Positions 50,710 to 64,000 of a stretch of DNA of 64,000 nt are shown one piece after another. The stretch lies in the NCBI RefSeq assembly GCF_009914755.1, contig NC_060935.1; one strand, written 5' to 3'. Numbering within the stretch: the first letter of the stretch is position 1; every line of letters starts with the position of its first letter. Origin of the DNA: the human T2T-CHM13v2.0 reference genome, Homo sapiens. The position numbers and the translations under genes were made by a program. Under the pieces are notes generated by a model. The model was not told the DNA's origin. It saw only the letters and a list, made by a program, of their open reading frames with translations, and did not search any database.

Positions 50710-51169
50710 AAAACTCTGGTCAGAATACAAAGAGCAACTACCTAAGGACTCAGAAAAATAAACAATGATAGGTGGAATGGGAACTAGTCAACTTGATTAA
50801 TAACCTGAAATGGAGATGAATTTTAGTTCCATTTTTACCTCCTTTGTCTCCTGGTTTTGATTTGGGGATAAAACGTTGTTGATCTGTTTAGTAGGCATAG
50901 GAAGCAAAACTTCTAGAAGAAAGCTCCTACTACTAGTCTGGTAAAGTCCCTGTAGGATAGTGTTTTTAGGAAAATCCTTGGTTGTTTTGTCCCCCAGTCT
51001 TTTCTCTCTTCTGTTCCTAGCCAAAATGTAGCCCCAGTTGTGGAGTGGCACTGTCAGGGTGACAGTGGCACAAGCACCTAAAACACCAAGAGAAGACCTA
51101 CTTCTCCAACAGAGGAACTGGGAAAGGCAGACTGCTGTTTTGAAGAGCGTGGATGTGGGTAATCTCTAT

Positions 51170-51485
<316 letters not shown>

Positions 51486-52328
51486 TAAATATTTTCTCTT
51501 GTCAGTTAGACCCAATGGTGGCCACAGTCACCTGGAAATGAATAACATGGTGGCAACTAAGACCTGGGAGAAATCTGTCTTTCTGGCCAGAGAAACCAAA
51601 ATGGGGGGCCAGACAGTGTGAAGGAAATTCTGAAGAACAGGAGAAGGTGACCCTCTAATTGTGTATGAAGTAACATAAGGCTAGGGCTCACCTCCAAGAA
51701 ATGTATATGTGAAACAGACCCAAAGAAGCACAGTGAATGCTTCTGACAATGAACTACAAATCACTGTGCAATTTCCAGACTATGAGTAGCACACGCATCA
51801 GAAAGACTCAAATAGCACAGCAGAGGCTTTGAAAACTTAACTGACATGGAGACCAATGCCAATAGAAAGTAAAATAAAACTTACAGTCTCAATCTAACCA
51901 GTCTAATAACTGGTAAAAACAACAACAAAAATAATTCCATTTCCAAAGGATTTTAACAGAACCCAGAGTGTCAGAACACAACATTAAAAACAGCCAGGAT
52001 ATACTTAAAAATTACCGGACATACAAAGAACCAGGAAAATCTTATGAATTCTCATGAGAAAAAATAACCAACAGACACATACACATAGAAGACTCAAATA
52101 CTGGAATTATCTGACAATTTGATGCAGGTATTATAAACATCTTCCACAGGTAAAGGGAAACATTCTTAAAGAGAAAGACTGAACTTCTCAGTGGAGAAAA
52201 AGAAACTAAAAATAAATAAATAAAAATTTTAGAATTGGAAAATATGTGAAATAAAAATTTCACAGGATGGGCTCATTATCATAATGAAGACAAAAGAAGA
52301 AAGAATTAGTAAGTTTGAAGACAGTTCA

Positions 52329-52720
<392 letters not shown>

Positions 52721-53446
52721 CAGACTCGTTAATAATAAGCAGAGCATCACAGCACCATGGGACAATATCAAAAGGTTTTACATTTGTGTTACTGGAGTAC
52801 CAGAAGCAGAAAAGACAAAAAAGGGCACAGAAAAAAATACGTAAAGAAATAATGGCTGAAAACTCCCCCAAGTTGGCTAAAGACATATTCAAGGAGCTCA
52901 CTAAATCACAAACAGGATAAACTCGAAGAAAATTATACCTAGACATATCATAATCCATGTGCTGAAAACCAAAGACAAAGAAAAAAATCTTGAAAGAAAC
53001 CGAGAAAAATGACCCTTTACATTGGAAAAAACAATTCAAGACTGGATTTATTCTCAAACACTACAGAGGTCAAAAGATAGCAGACTATATTTAAAGTGCT
53101 GAAAGAAAAGAACTGTCAAGCCAAAATTCTATATCCTGTGGAAGCATCTTTCAGAAATGACAGTAAAATGAAAAAATTCTCAAGTGAAGAAAAACTAAGA
53201 ACTGATTGCCAGCAGAAATGCTTTTAAATGTTAAAGGAAATTCTTTAGGCTGAAGCAAAGTGACCCCAGAAGGAAATCTGGAACTTGAGTAATGAAACAA
53301 GAACAACAGAAACAGTAATTTACTATTACTACCAAATGTAGGTAAATACAACAGATGTTTTTTTCTCTTCTGAAATTATTTAAAATATGTATGGTGATTG
53401 AGAGCAAAAATTCAAACATCACCAGAGGTTTTCAAGGTATGTGAAT

Positions 53447-53949
53447 TGTGATTGGCAGAATAATATTTATCCCTCTGCCAAAGCTGTCCATGCTCCAATC
53501 CCAGAACCAGTGAGTGTGTTAGCCTACCTGGTAAAAAAAAAAAAAAAAAAACTGTGTATGTGTGATTAAGAATCTTTAAATGATGAGATTATTCTAGATT
53601 ATGTGGGTGGGACTAATGTAATCACAAGGATCCTTTACGTGAAAGAGGGAGGCATGAGGGTGTTGAGAGTTAGAAAGATTTGAAGATGATACCTTGCTGG
53701 TTTTTAAGATCTGTGAGCCAAAGAATGCAGGCAGTCTCTAGAAAATGGAAGAGGCAAGGGACCTAATTCTCCCCTGAAGCCTCCAAGAGGAATGCAACTC
53801 TGCTGACACCTTTTAGCAGTGTTGGATTTCAGACCAGTAAAATCCACTTTGGACTTCTCACCTCCAGAAGTATACAATAATAAATTCGAGTTGTTTTAAC
53901 CCACCAGGTTTGTGGTGACGTGTTATAGCAGCAATAGGAAATTAATACA
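53447..53949 (+). mobile_element. MLT1 (MaLR) LTR
   Basis: tgtgattggcagaataat ... gagattattctagattat ... agcagcaataggaaattaataca. Confidence 0.8.
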
Positions 53950-55067
53950 TAGAACTTGTAATGCATATGGCAACTATAAGATAAAGGGGTGAAGGTAAAG
54001 GGAAATACATAGTAGTAAGACTGTTGTTTTACTTGAAGTGTTAAAAAAGTAGAATACGGAACAGAATAGAGGATTCTGAAATAGATCCATATATATATGA
54101 CCAACTGATTTTTGACAAAGACCCAAAAGCAATTCAATACATGAAGTTTAGCTAACAGCCTTTTCAACAAATGGTGCTGGAGCAAGAAGTTATCCAGAGG
54201 TAGAAAGGAAAGGGGAAAGAGAAGAGAGGAAAGGAAAGGAAGGGACAAGAACTTCTGTCTAACGTTACACAAAAATTAACTCAAAATGGATCATAGACTT
54301 ACATGAAAAATGTAAAGCTAAAGCTATAAAACATCATAAAATCCTTGAGATCTAGGGCAAGGTAAAGAGTTCTTAGACTTGACACAAAAAGCATAATCCA
54401 TGAAAGAAAAAATGATAAACTAGATGTCATCAAAATTAAGGGGATGAAAAGTCAAGCTACTTATTAGGAGAACACAGAAACCACACATCCAACAAGGAAC
54501 TAGTAGCTAGAATATATAAAGAATTCTCTAAATTCAACAGTGAAAAAAACAAGCAAGCCATATGGAAAATGGGCAATAAAAATACATCTCACAGGAGATG
54601 ACATATAGATGGCCAGTAAGTACATGAAAAGATGCTCAACATCAATAAGCATTAGGGAAATGCAAATTAAAACCACAAAGAGATACTAATACACAGCTCT
54701 TAGAATGGCTTAAAACCACCACATATGCCTGACAGTACTTGGTACTAATGAAGAACTAGAACAAGTAAAACTTCCATACATTGCTGGTAGGAATGCAAAA
54801 TGGAACAGTCATTTTGGAAAACAGATTTCTTCCCTATAAAATGAAAGAAATTTTGTAATTTATATAAGGAACATAAGTAACCATGGACTTTGGTATCCAT
54901 AATGGCAGGGAGTGGGGAGGGTCTGGAAACCAATCCCTTCTGGATACCAAAAGATAACTCCACTTAGGCGTAAATTTAACCAAGATCTGTATAATGAAGA
55001 CTATAAAACATCACATCAAACACTGACCTAGTAATCCCACTCCTAGGAATTTACCCAAGAGAAATGA

Positions 55068-55350
55068 GTCTGGGTGGCTGCGGCTCACATGTGTAATCCC
55101 AACACTTTAGGAGGCTGAGAGGCAGGAGGATCACTTGGGCCCAGAAGTTTGAGACCAGCGTGGGTAACACAGTGAGATCCTGTTTCTATAAAAAATTTAA
55201 AAAATAGCACCTGTAGTCTTAGCTTCTTGGGAGGCTGAGGTGGGAGGATCACTTGAGCCCCAGGAGTTCATGGCTGAAGTGAGCTATGACTGCACCACTG
55301 CACTCCAGCCTAGGTGACAGAGTGAGACCCTGCCTCAAAAAACAAAAAAC
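55068..55350 (+). mobile_element. AluJ
   Basis: Diverged Alu flanked by agaaatga. Confidence 0.82.
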
Positions 55351-55832
55351 CAGAAATGAAACTTTACATTCATATAAAACCTGCACATAAATATTTACGG
55401 CAACTTTGTTCATTACTTTCAAAAGCAGAATAAACTAAATGTCCTTCAACTGGTGAAGGGATAAATCAAAACTGCTTCAGACACCTATTATGCAACTCTC
55501 AGGGAGTAACGTCACTGAAGCTACCTCCTTGCCCAGGCCCACCCCATCTAAAGCCACTGGACAAGTAACTGTTCTCCTGGGATAACTGATCTCTCTGGAG
55601 TAGTCCAACCCTTTTTAATCAGTTCCCAACTTATTTTGGAATATATCTGAGATAACACCAGCAAAGGTAGTACAAGGCAATGCTCTGAATAAAATGACTC
55701 TGTGTTTTCTTCTGGTTCACAGTATTCCTGGACATTAATCACCAAAGCTTAAGAAACTAGCCTAAAAATCCATCAGTCAGGGCATCTACAGATAAAAACA
55801 AAGTCAAGAAATGGAAGAAAAAGAGAAAATGA

Positions 55833-56095
55833 GGCTGGGCATGCTGGCTCATGCCTGTAATCCCAGCACTTTGGGACACTGAGGCAGGCGGATGGCTTGA
55901 GCTCAGGAGTTGAAGACCAACCTGGGCAACCCCGTTTCTACCAAAAAATTAGCTGGGCATGTGGTGTGTGCCTACAGACCCAGTTACTCAGGAGGCTGCA
56001 GTGAGCTGAGACTGCACCACCACACTCCACCCTGGCAGACAAGAGTGAGACCCTGTTTCAAAAAAAAAAGAATAAAGAAAAGAAAATGAAATAAA
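55833..56095 (+). mobile_element. AluJ with internal deletions
   Basis: Alu consensus; flanked by agaaaatga. Confidence 0.82.
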
Positions 56096-56439
56096 GAAAT
56101 GACTAATTTTAAACCCTAAGTTTAGATTGAAATGCTCCGGTTTAGAGCAGAATAAAATAATTTCATGGCACTGTTGACTGAATGCAAAGGTGAAAATCTG
56201 TAACTGAATTCTGCTCACACTTACTAAAAAGGTATGTAGCTTAACCTATCTATTCCTCAATGTTTTTACTAATATAACTGAGAAAAATAAACGATATCTT
56301 GCAACCCTGTCATATGGTAAAATATAATTGTAGAACAAAGATTAATAAAGAATTAGGGGATGGGCTCAAGTGAAAGCTACTTAAGGAATGCCACTGACTC
56401 CTTCTGAAGCTCAGATCCTGAATCCCTACAGTCCAGAAT

Positions 56440-56640
56440 ATGGTTGTTCAACAGCAGCACTACTGATACTTTGGGCCAGCTAATTACCGGGGAGAAGGTG
56501 GCTGTGCACTTTAGGTTGTTGAACAGCACTTCTGCCTTTACCAACTACATGCTAGTAGTGACCACTCTCCCCCTTCCCTGCCCATTCCCTAATAGGGATA
56601 ACCAAAAATGTCCCATGGGGACTGATCCAAAATGCTCAGT
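56440..56640. mobile_element. MER20-like element
   Basis: cagcactactgatactttgggccagctaatt ... accaaaaatgtc. Confidence 0.6.
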
Positions 56641-56649
56641 GGGAAGTGT

Positions 56650-57122
56650 AAAGGGAGCATGGAAGTGAAATGCTATATTGTGTGGCCAGAATGCCCCTTC
56701 AGGGCCAAGTGCCCTATATGGGAATCCAGGAATATTACTAACTGCTGATGGTTTATAGTTGAGTGCTTCATCAGGAACTGTCGAGACCCAAAGGTACTGC
56801 CTTACTCAAGGTTATGCCCCTTCCAGTGGCTAATCACATCCAATGATTGGTTGATATGGGAAGGCACAAAGTGCTAACGCCTTGCTTTTAGATGGGACAA
56901 CTGTTCCCATCTGGTTTAGGACCATTCCAGTTCCAAAGTTCTTCACAGAAGCAGCTAAGGCCTCTGTTTGTAAATGGATCACAGTTCACACTTCCCACTG
57001 TTCAATGTGACTTTCTTCCTTTCCTTATGAATACTGTTCTCAAGAGCACTCCCTAATAACGCCCCTGCCCACACATCTCTGCCTTAGAGAGTTTTGTTTA
57101 CTAGGAAATCCAACTCAAGACA
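56650..57122 (+). mobile_element. Old ERVL LTR (LTR16-like)
   Basis: 3' end caagagcactccctaataac ... ggaaatccaactcaagaca. Confidence 0.5.
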
Positions 57123-57387
57123 GGGTAATAAAATAATTAGTCTGTTCTATTTGTGATATATATGGTATTTATGTTTTAAGTGGAAATAGGTCATTTACTG
57201 GGTAAGAGTAGAAAGACATAGAAATGAACAGAAAGGAGAGTTGATGAAAATCACTAAAATAAACATCCCATAATTACAAATCCAAACTAAGATAGTAACC
57301 ACAATGCTTCTGAATAGACAATTCATAATTTAACAGTTAACAATTCCTGGGTATTTACTAAGTGCCATAAATTATGCTAAGTACTTC

Positions 57388-57407
57388 ATATATATATATA
57401 TATACAG

Positions 57408-57440
<33 letters not shown>
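57388..57440. repeat. Compound (TA)n(CA)n microsatellite
   Basis: Direct inspection. Confidence 0.95.
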
Positions 57441-58226
57441 GATTTTATCTACCTGATCTTCTCAAGTAGCCTATAAAGTAGGAATTTTTATTCCTATGTA
57501 TTGGAATTTTGATGAAGACACTGAGGCCTAGAGACATTAAGTCCCTTGTCTAAGTTGGTCACATAGCATGTGAGTGGTTAAGCATCAAATCTTGGTCCAT
57601 TCAATTCCACTTGTGTGCACTGTCTGGATTATGTCTACAGCCTCCTAACAAGGCCTCTCTACTTTTATCTACCTCTAAATCATTGTTCATATTGCTGCTA
57701 AAAAGATGTGCCTAAAATATAGCTCTGACCTTCATTTTCCAATTTAGAACTCTTGCTCCTTAAATTTTGGGTAAAGTTCAAACTCCTTACTATGGCACTG
57801 AAATACAAGGTCTTTCATGATCTGTTGCCTGACCATGACCATCTCTCCAGCCTTGTCCCCTGCTCAACTGAGCTGATAGCTCCTGTGGATGCTTTCTAAT
57901 ATAGCTACATAGGGGTTTATGTAAGTATTACAGACATTTATATAATTATAAAGATGTTTGGTATATTTTCCTAGCAAATCAGAGCTACTATTTAGTGAAC
58001 CTGCTTGTGTTCCAGACCCCATGCTATATGCATTATATTATATATACAATTTCATTTACCCCTCACATAACCTTAGGAGTAAGCACAATTATTCTCATTT
58101 TAGAGTTGAGGAACCTAAAGATCATGAAAGTCAGGGAACTTCATAGCAAAGCTAATGGCAGAGCTGGGATATAAACTTAAATCTGTCTGACTCTTGTATT
58201 TTAAACTATTACAGTAAAGGCATTCA

Positions 58227-58544
<318 letters not shown>

Positions 58545-58679
58545 TTAAAATATTCAGTGAGCTCTTACGGAAAATAAAGTTTTGTGTGCCTCTGTCTTGT
58601 CCACAGACTGACACATATTTGCTGCTATATATTTCTCTAATAGGTGATAATAATAGTTTCATTAAAAATGTTACATTGA

Positions 58680-58991
<312 letters not shown>

Positions 58992-61900
58992 GTTACATTT
59001 ATAGAAACCATTTTATCCTGAAGGAATCTGCAACTGCTTCACAAATCCTATGGTTTTACTAAATATAGAAACATAACCACTTCTGGGTGCACTCTACTGC
59101 AGCTGCCTTAAAACAGCAGGCAACTACATTTCACAGCAATCAAGAACAAAGTAAAGAAAAAAACACCGCAGCCCAAGAAACCCCACAGAAAATCTAGATA
59201 ATAACAGTGAAAACTAGAATTTCATGTAGATAAGGTGTGTTCATTTATTTTTTAAACACAAGAAAAAAGAACGTCAGATACATATTGCAGTTCACCTTGT
59301 TCAAAGCCCACTCAAGTCCTTGACGACCACCTGTCTTTCAATCAATGGTGAATGACCCCTGAAATGTGGAGGTGAGAGATTTTGAGGAACTACTTTATTC
59401 CCTTGATTCCAGAGGACTATAGCTCAACCATCCAAATGGGGAGAAAAATCCCTTATTCTTAAACTCCTATAGTGAAGTGGACACTACATCCGTCATTCTT
59501 TAATACTTATTGTTTCCCTCACATTCAAACCAAGTAACAGCTGAGATTAGATCAAGCACATATGAAGTAATAAATATTTCTTGAGGACTTAATCTTTAAA
59601 TGTTAAGGTTTTGTTAGAACAAAGCAAGCTGTTTGAGGCTCCTTAGCTATGATCCTTGATCCTGAGCACACCTAATCTGTCATTTAGCCAAATAATATTA
59701 AGATCAGAAAACTTAGTGTAGAAAATAGATGGATTTTGTATATATATAAGTTTTTTCTTTTTCTTTTTTTTTTTTTTTTTTAGTAAAGATACTCTGGGAA
59801 AGGAAACATAAAGTAACTATGGTGAAAACCAAGAGATTTACTTCTCTCTCAATTGCCATTTCAGTAAGACCCAATTGGTAGAAGCTTAGGAATTTATATT
59901 TTGGTTCTACAGCTACCTTCCTAAGACCATGATCTGCTAACCTGAGAACCTGAGTTTTTATTGAAAAAATAAACAGTAGGAACTCAAAAATATTACTATG
60001 GTTGCCTTTCTTCCAAGATTCAGCTACAGACTTGCCTACTAGAATGTTTTGAAAAAGACTAAACCTACCTTATGCAGAATGAAAATTTTGACCCTGTTCC
60101 CCAAAACAAACAAAAGACAAAATGAACAATCCTGCCTTTCTTTTTACATTTCCTCCAGCTCTGTTAATCTCAGTTAATCCACCAACTCAACCAAGACAGA
60201 TCCCACATTCCCCAGCTTATTAGATGGCCCTTATCATTTTGATCACAAAATTTAGTTGTTTACACCTTGGAAAACTCTGAAATCTCGCAGCTTTTCTCTA
60301 TCTCCACAGCTATTGTCAGTGTAAACCTTTGTCTACTGCTTAGAAAATAACAGCTTTTTAACTGGTGTCTGGCACCTGTCTTCCTCCAGTCCCAAACTAT
60401 AGGTTCCCAAACTCAAATCTGATTATGTCAGCCCTAATTTTAAAATCTTCAATGATTCCTTAGTACCAAAGAATAAAATTCTAACTCCTAATTTCAACTC
60501 AGTTCTTTCCCACACATCCTTTTATCCAGCCACTCTGAAGACCTTCTCCTTTCCTAGCGTGTCCCATGCATGTCCTTTAGTTTTTGCATAGGCTCTTCCC
60601 TACCCTGTATTGCCTCCTCCCCTGCTCCTCTACCCTCCAAATAGAAAATTCCCATTCATCCTTCAAGACTTGGCTCAACTGTCACTTCCCCTTTGAATCC
60701 TTACCATTCCCCCAAGTTTATTGCTCCCTCTCGTATATTACTATAACACTTTTTCATATTTATTATATAGAACATATCACTTTGAAATGTAACTATCTAA
60801 GTTATTTTTCTCCCCCAGCGTTTTCCAGAACAGGAATCATGTTTTATTCATATTCGCATCTCTAGTGCCTAAGATAAAACAGGTGCTCATGCTGAATGAA
60901 TGAGTACTAATGATGATGACAGGCTTCCTCAGTTGTAAACTAAAAAGCACATCCTCACAAACGGTAACATTACAAATATAGAAAAATACTCAGATATATG
61001 TCACTGACACCCTCAGTACCTAAAAGGGGTCAAACAATCCAGGTCTGGCCCAAACAATAAATTCAACAATTACAAGGCCCTGAGTTTCCAATCTGTGACT
61101 GTGCCATCTCTAGGTAGGTTGGCAATAGTACAGTACATCTAAATAAGTAAAATGACATTTCTGGTACTTTATCACAAGAAATTGTGTGTATACTTATGGA
61201 GCACAGGATGCTCCAAGATGAGCAGCAATAGGGATTTTTAAATTTTGCAGTGGTTAATGATTTTCCCTGGCAATGCAGGGCAAGGTCTCTAGTATAAAAT
61301 ACAGAAGAGGCTCAATAATTTTTATTTCAATTATAGTAAGGATCAGGCTCTGACTGAGGTATCTGAGAGTTAAATATCATTTTGATAGAGTAAGAACTAA
61401 TGACCACAGTGCTTCCTCTAAAGTAACAGAGTGATAAAATGAACTGGAAGGTATGTTGAAAAATTGCGTAAGAAAGCATCTAATCTTTAAGCAGATGAAT
61501 GTTTAAATAATTCAATAATGATCACCCTATGTCAGTATCCAAAGATACTGTTCAGTATCAAGTGTTCTATTATAAGTAATAGTAGCAATAGTAGTAGTAG
61601 TACTAGTGGTTACCATTATGGAATGATCATTATGGGCCAAGCGCTAAATGGACAAGAACCTTAGAGTTAATCCCTTCATAGTTAACTCAGTCTACGTATG
61701 TATTAATACACTTATCTTCCAGAATAAGAAACTGCAGTTCAGATGGGTTAAGAAGCTTTCCCAAAAGTCAAAGTCATAGCTTAGTAAATGGTGGAAGCCA
61801 AACTCAAATCCACATTTCTGACTCTAATGCTCATAGCCTTAACCATGATACTAACAACAATGATGCTCAAAACAACACTGCAAACTCAGAAAATTAGAAA

Positions 61901-64000
61901 GAAAAATTTTTAGTATATTCCCCCTTCTCAAAGACAACTAGGGGAAGCAGTTTGGCATATTATGAATAGCTTGTTTTACGTGTTAAAATACAGCTCTCTA
62001 GAATGTTATCTTCATGAAAATAATGAGAATGATAGATATATTCTCGTCAATACTTTGTAATCTTTAGCAAGTTATTTAGCTTTTCTGGTCTTCAAATCCT
62101 CATAGGAGTAGGGGTTGGGGACAGCTTGGCATTGATCTCTACTGTCTTTTGCAATAATTTTGTCTCTAGCTGCATGTGGAATCACTTCTATTTTAATTTA
62201 TGTTTCTTTCTTTCTTTTTTCCTATCTTCCACAGACATGAAAGCCATTTGCAGCAAAGACTGAACCAACCAACATTTAAATAAAATCTGAGAACAAGGCC
62301 ATTTCTAAAATAAGATACAAAACCAGGTGAAAGGCCAGTATTGCTCTGAGAAGAGACCAGGAGAAAAAGAAAACACTCGGCACTAAGAATCATTCTTGTG
62401 CCAAACTATGAAGAGAGGAAAGCTATATAAGGAAAATCCATGAGCTTGGAGTTAATGTTTAGTATAACAAAAGTACATTCAATACACATCAACCTAGATA
62501 GCTACAAAAATGGCTCTTTGGAAAATAAAAAGCAAAATTGCAAAAAAAAAAAAAAAAAAAAGGTTCTACAAAGTTCACTTTCTCCCGTGTATGGAGTTTT
62601 ATGAAGCCCTCAAGATGGCAAATAGATTAATATAAAGTGGTCACTGATTGCCTGGCCATTTATTCTTTCTGGCCCTGAAATTTCACAGTGAATCTTAACA
62701 TTTTGAAAGAACAGAGGAACTGCGATTCTTTAGCTTGGGAAGAACTTATTCAGCATAAGACTGATCAGCAACTTTCACTACACCCTTCCCAAACCACCCC
62801 CAACCTCCATATCACTTCTTTACTGTTAGTTTAGTAAAAGTTCATTGACCTTAAGTGAACTCCCAGAAAACTATTAAACTGGATTTTGAAAGTTTTTGCC
62901 AAGTGCTTTTCTCATCATTCAGGAAAATGAACATCTATTTTACTACTGTTTTGTGTTCACTGGATTGTCAATACTGTGATATATTTTGCATTCATTATTT
63001 CTACATGCCTAAAAGAGTAGACTCCAGATACCCCCTTTTCAGCTTTCCCCTATCTGTCCACCATGCAATACACTTGGTGGAAAGGGATTATAAAAGAGAT
63101 GCAGCCTTCACCATTTCAACAATCATGTCATGTCAAGATGCCTTAGGGAGGGTGAATTCTAAATTCTAAAAATTCTTATCTTTATTGCCAAAAACTTGTG
63201 CCAAATAATTTCCTTTAACATGTTCTTAATATTTTTTTTGGAACTGAATTTGAGACCCAAGCAAAATTTAATCTAAATTATATGATGAAATTCCAAGTTT
63301 GACAGAGTCTGACAACAATCCTGCTAAAGGGGGAGGAAGGTTAGCTAACCATCTGAGGAGATGACATGTGAAAAGAACATTCTAGCAAAGCAAACACCAA
63401 CACATAGGTCCCAAGGTAGGAAGGAGCCTGACATGTTTAAAGAATTTAAAGAACAGGTGTAGGCCAGTAGCAGGATCAATGATAAGAGATGGTGGAAAGG
63501 ACCAGAACATGCAGGGCCTTCCTTGTAAACACAGTAAGCAGTGACCAGATTTTATTTGATACACCTTGAAATACCCTCGCCTCTTGAAACATTTAACACT
63601 ATTTTCCTAGTACTGTCCTAGTTTTCCTTCTAAATACTGCTCTGACCTCTATTTCTGCCTCCTTTTACATGCCGCTTTAGCTGTTCATTAAGCAGTAGCA
63701 CTCCTCCAAAGTTACCCCTAGAACCTTTAACTTTTCTCCCGATACTTTTCCTTATATGATTTCCCTTGGCCAATGATTTCAGTTAACTACTTACTGGCAC
63801 ACACAAATTTATACCTTCTAACCAGCCCTCTTCTCTAAGTTCCAAAAGTATATATCCATCTGCTTATTTGGTCCTTCCACTTGTCACAAACTGAACTCAT
63901 GTCTCCCCCCAGCTTCCACTTTGATTTCAGTCGTCTCCCAACCTTCCTAGGCCAATCTTCCCAATACGCTCTTTTTTTTTTTTTTCCTGTTGGTTTGGTG

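Overview
Primate (very likely human) genomic DNA containing the 3' half of NARS2 (mitochondrial asparaginyl-tRNA synthetase) on the minus strand. Eight coding exons (exons 7-14 by my recollection of the reference transcript) lie at 58356-58488, 43883-43981, 43736-43773, 34543-34609, 31172-31309, 8955-9052, 6385-6411 and 1963-2107. All are bounded by GT-AG sites and splice in frame to the class IIb catalytic domain ending ...[11 protein letters not shown], followed by a 3' UTR of about 700 nt. The introns are dense in repeats: about 35 Alus, a 3.2-kb 5'-truncated L1PA, a young L1PA2-type 3' fragment, old L1M/L2/MIR pieces, MER2/MER20 DNA elements, THE1/MST/MLT LTRs and a CpG-rich solo LTR12C (ERV9) in the same orientation as NARS2. 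Nearly all ORFs in the supplied track are Alu/L1/LTR translations. I see no clear novel biological system. The best leads are regulatory: the sense LTR12C just downstream of exon 11 (promoter and poly(A) potential), inverted Alus bracketing the in-frame 27-nt exon, poison-exon candidates in intron 11, and a repeat-free SOX-motif cluster. Repeat boundaries and subfamily names were assigned by eye and are approximate.
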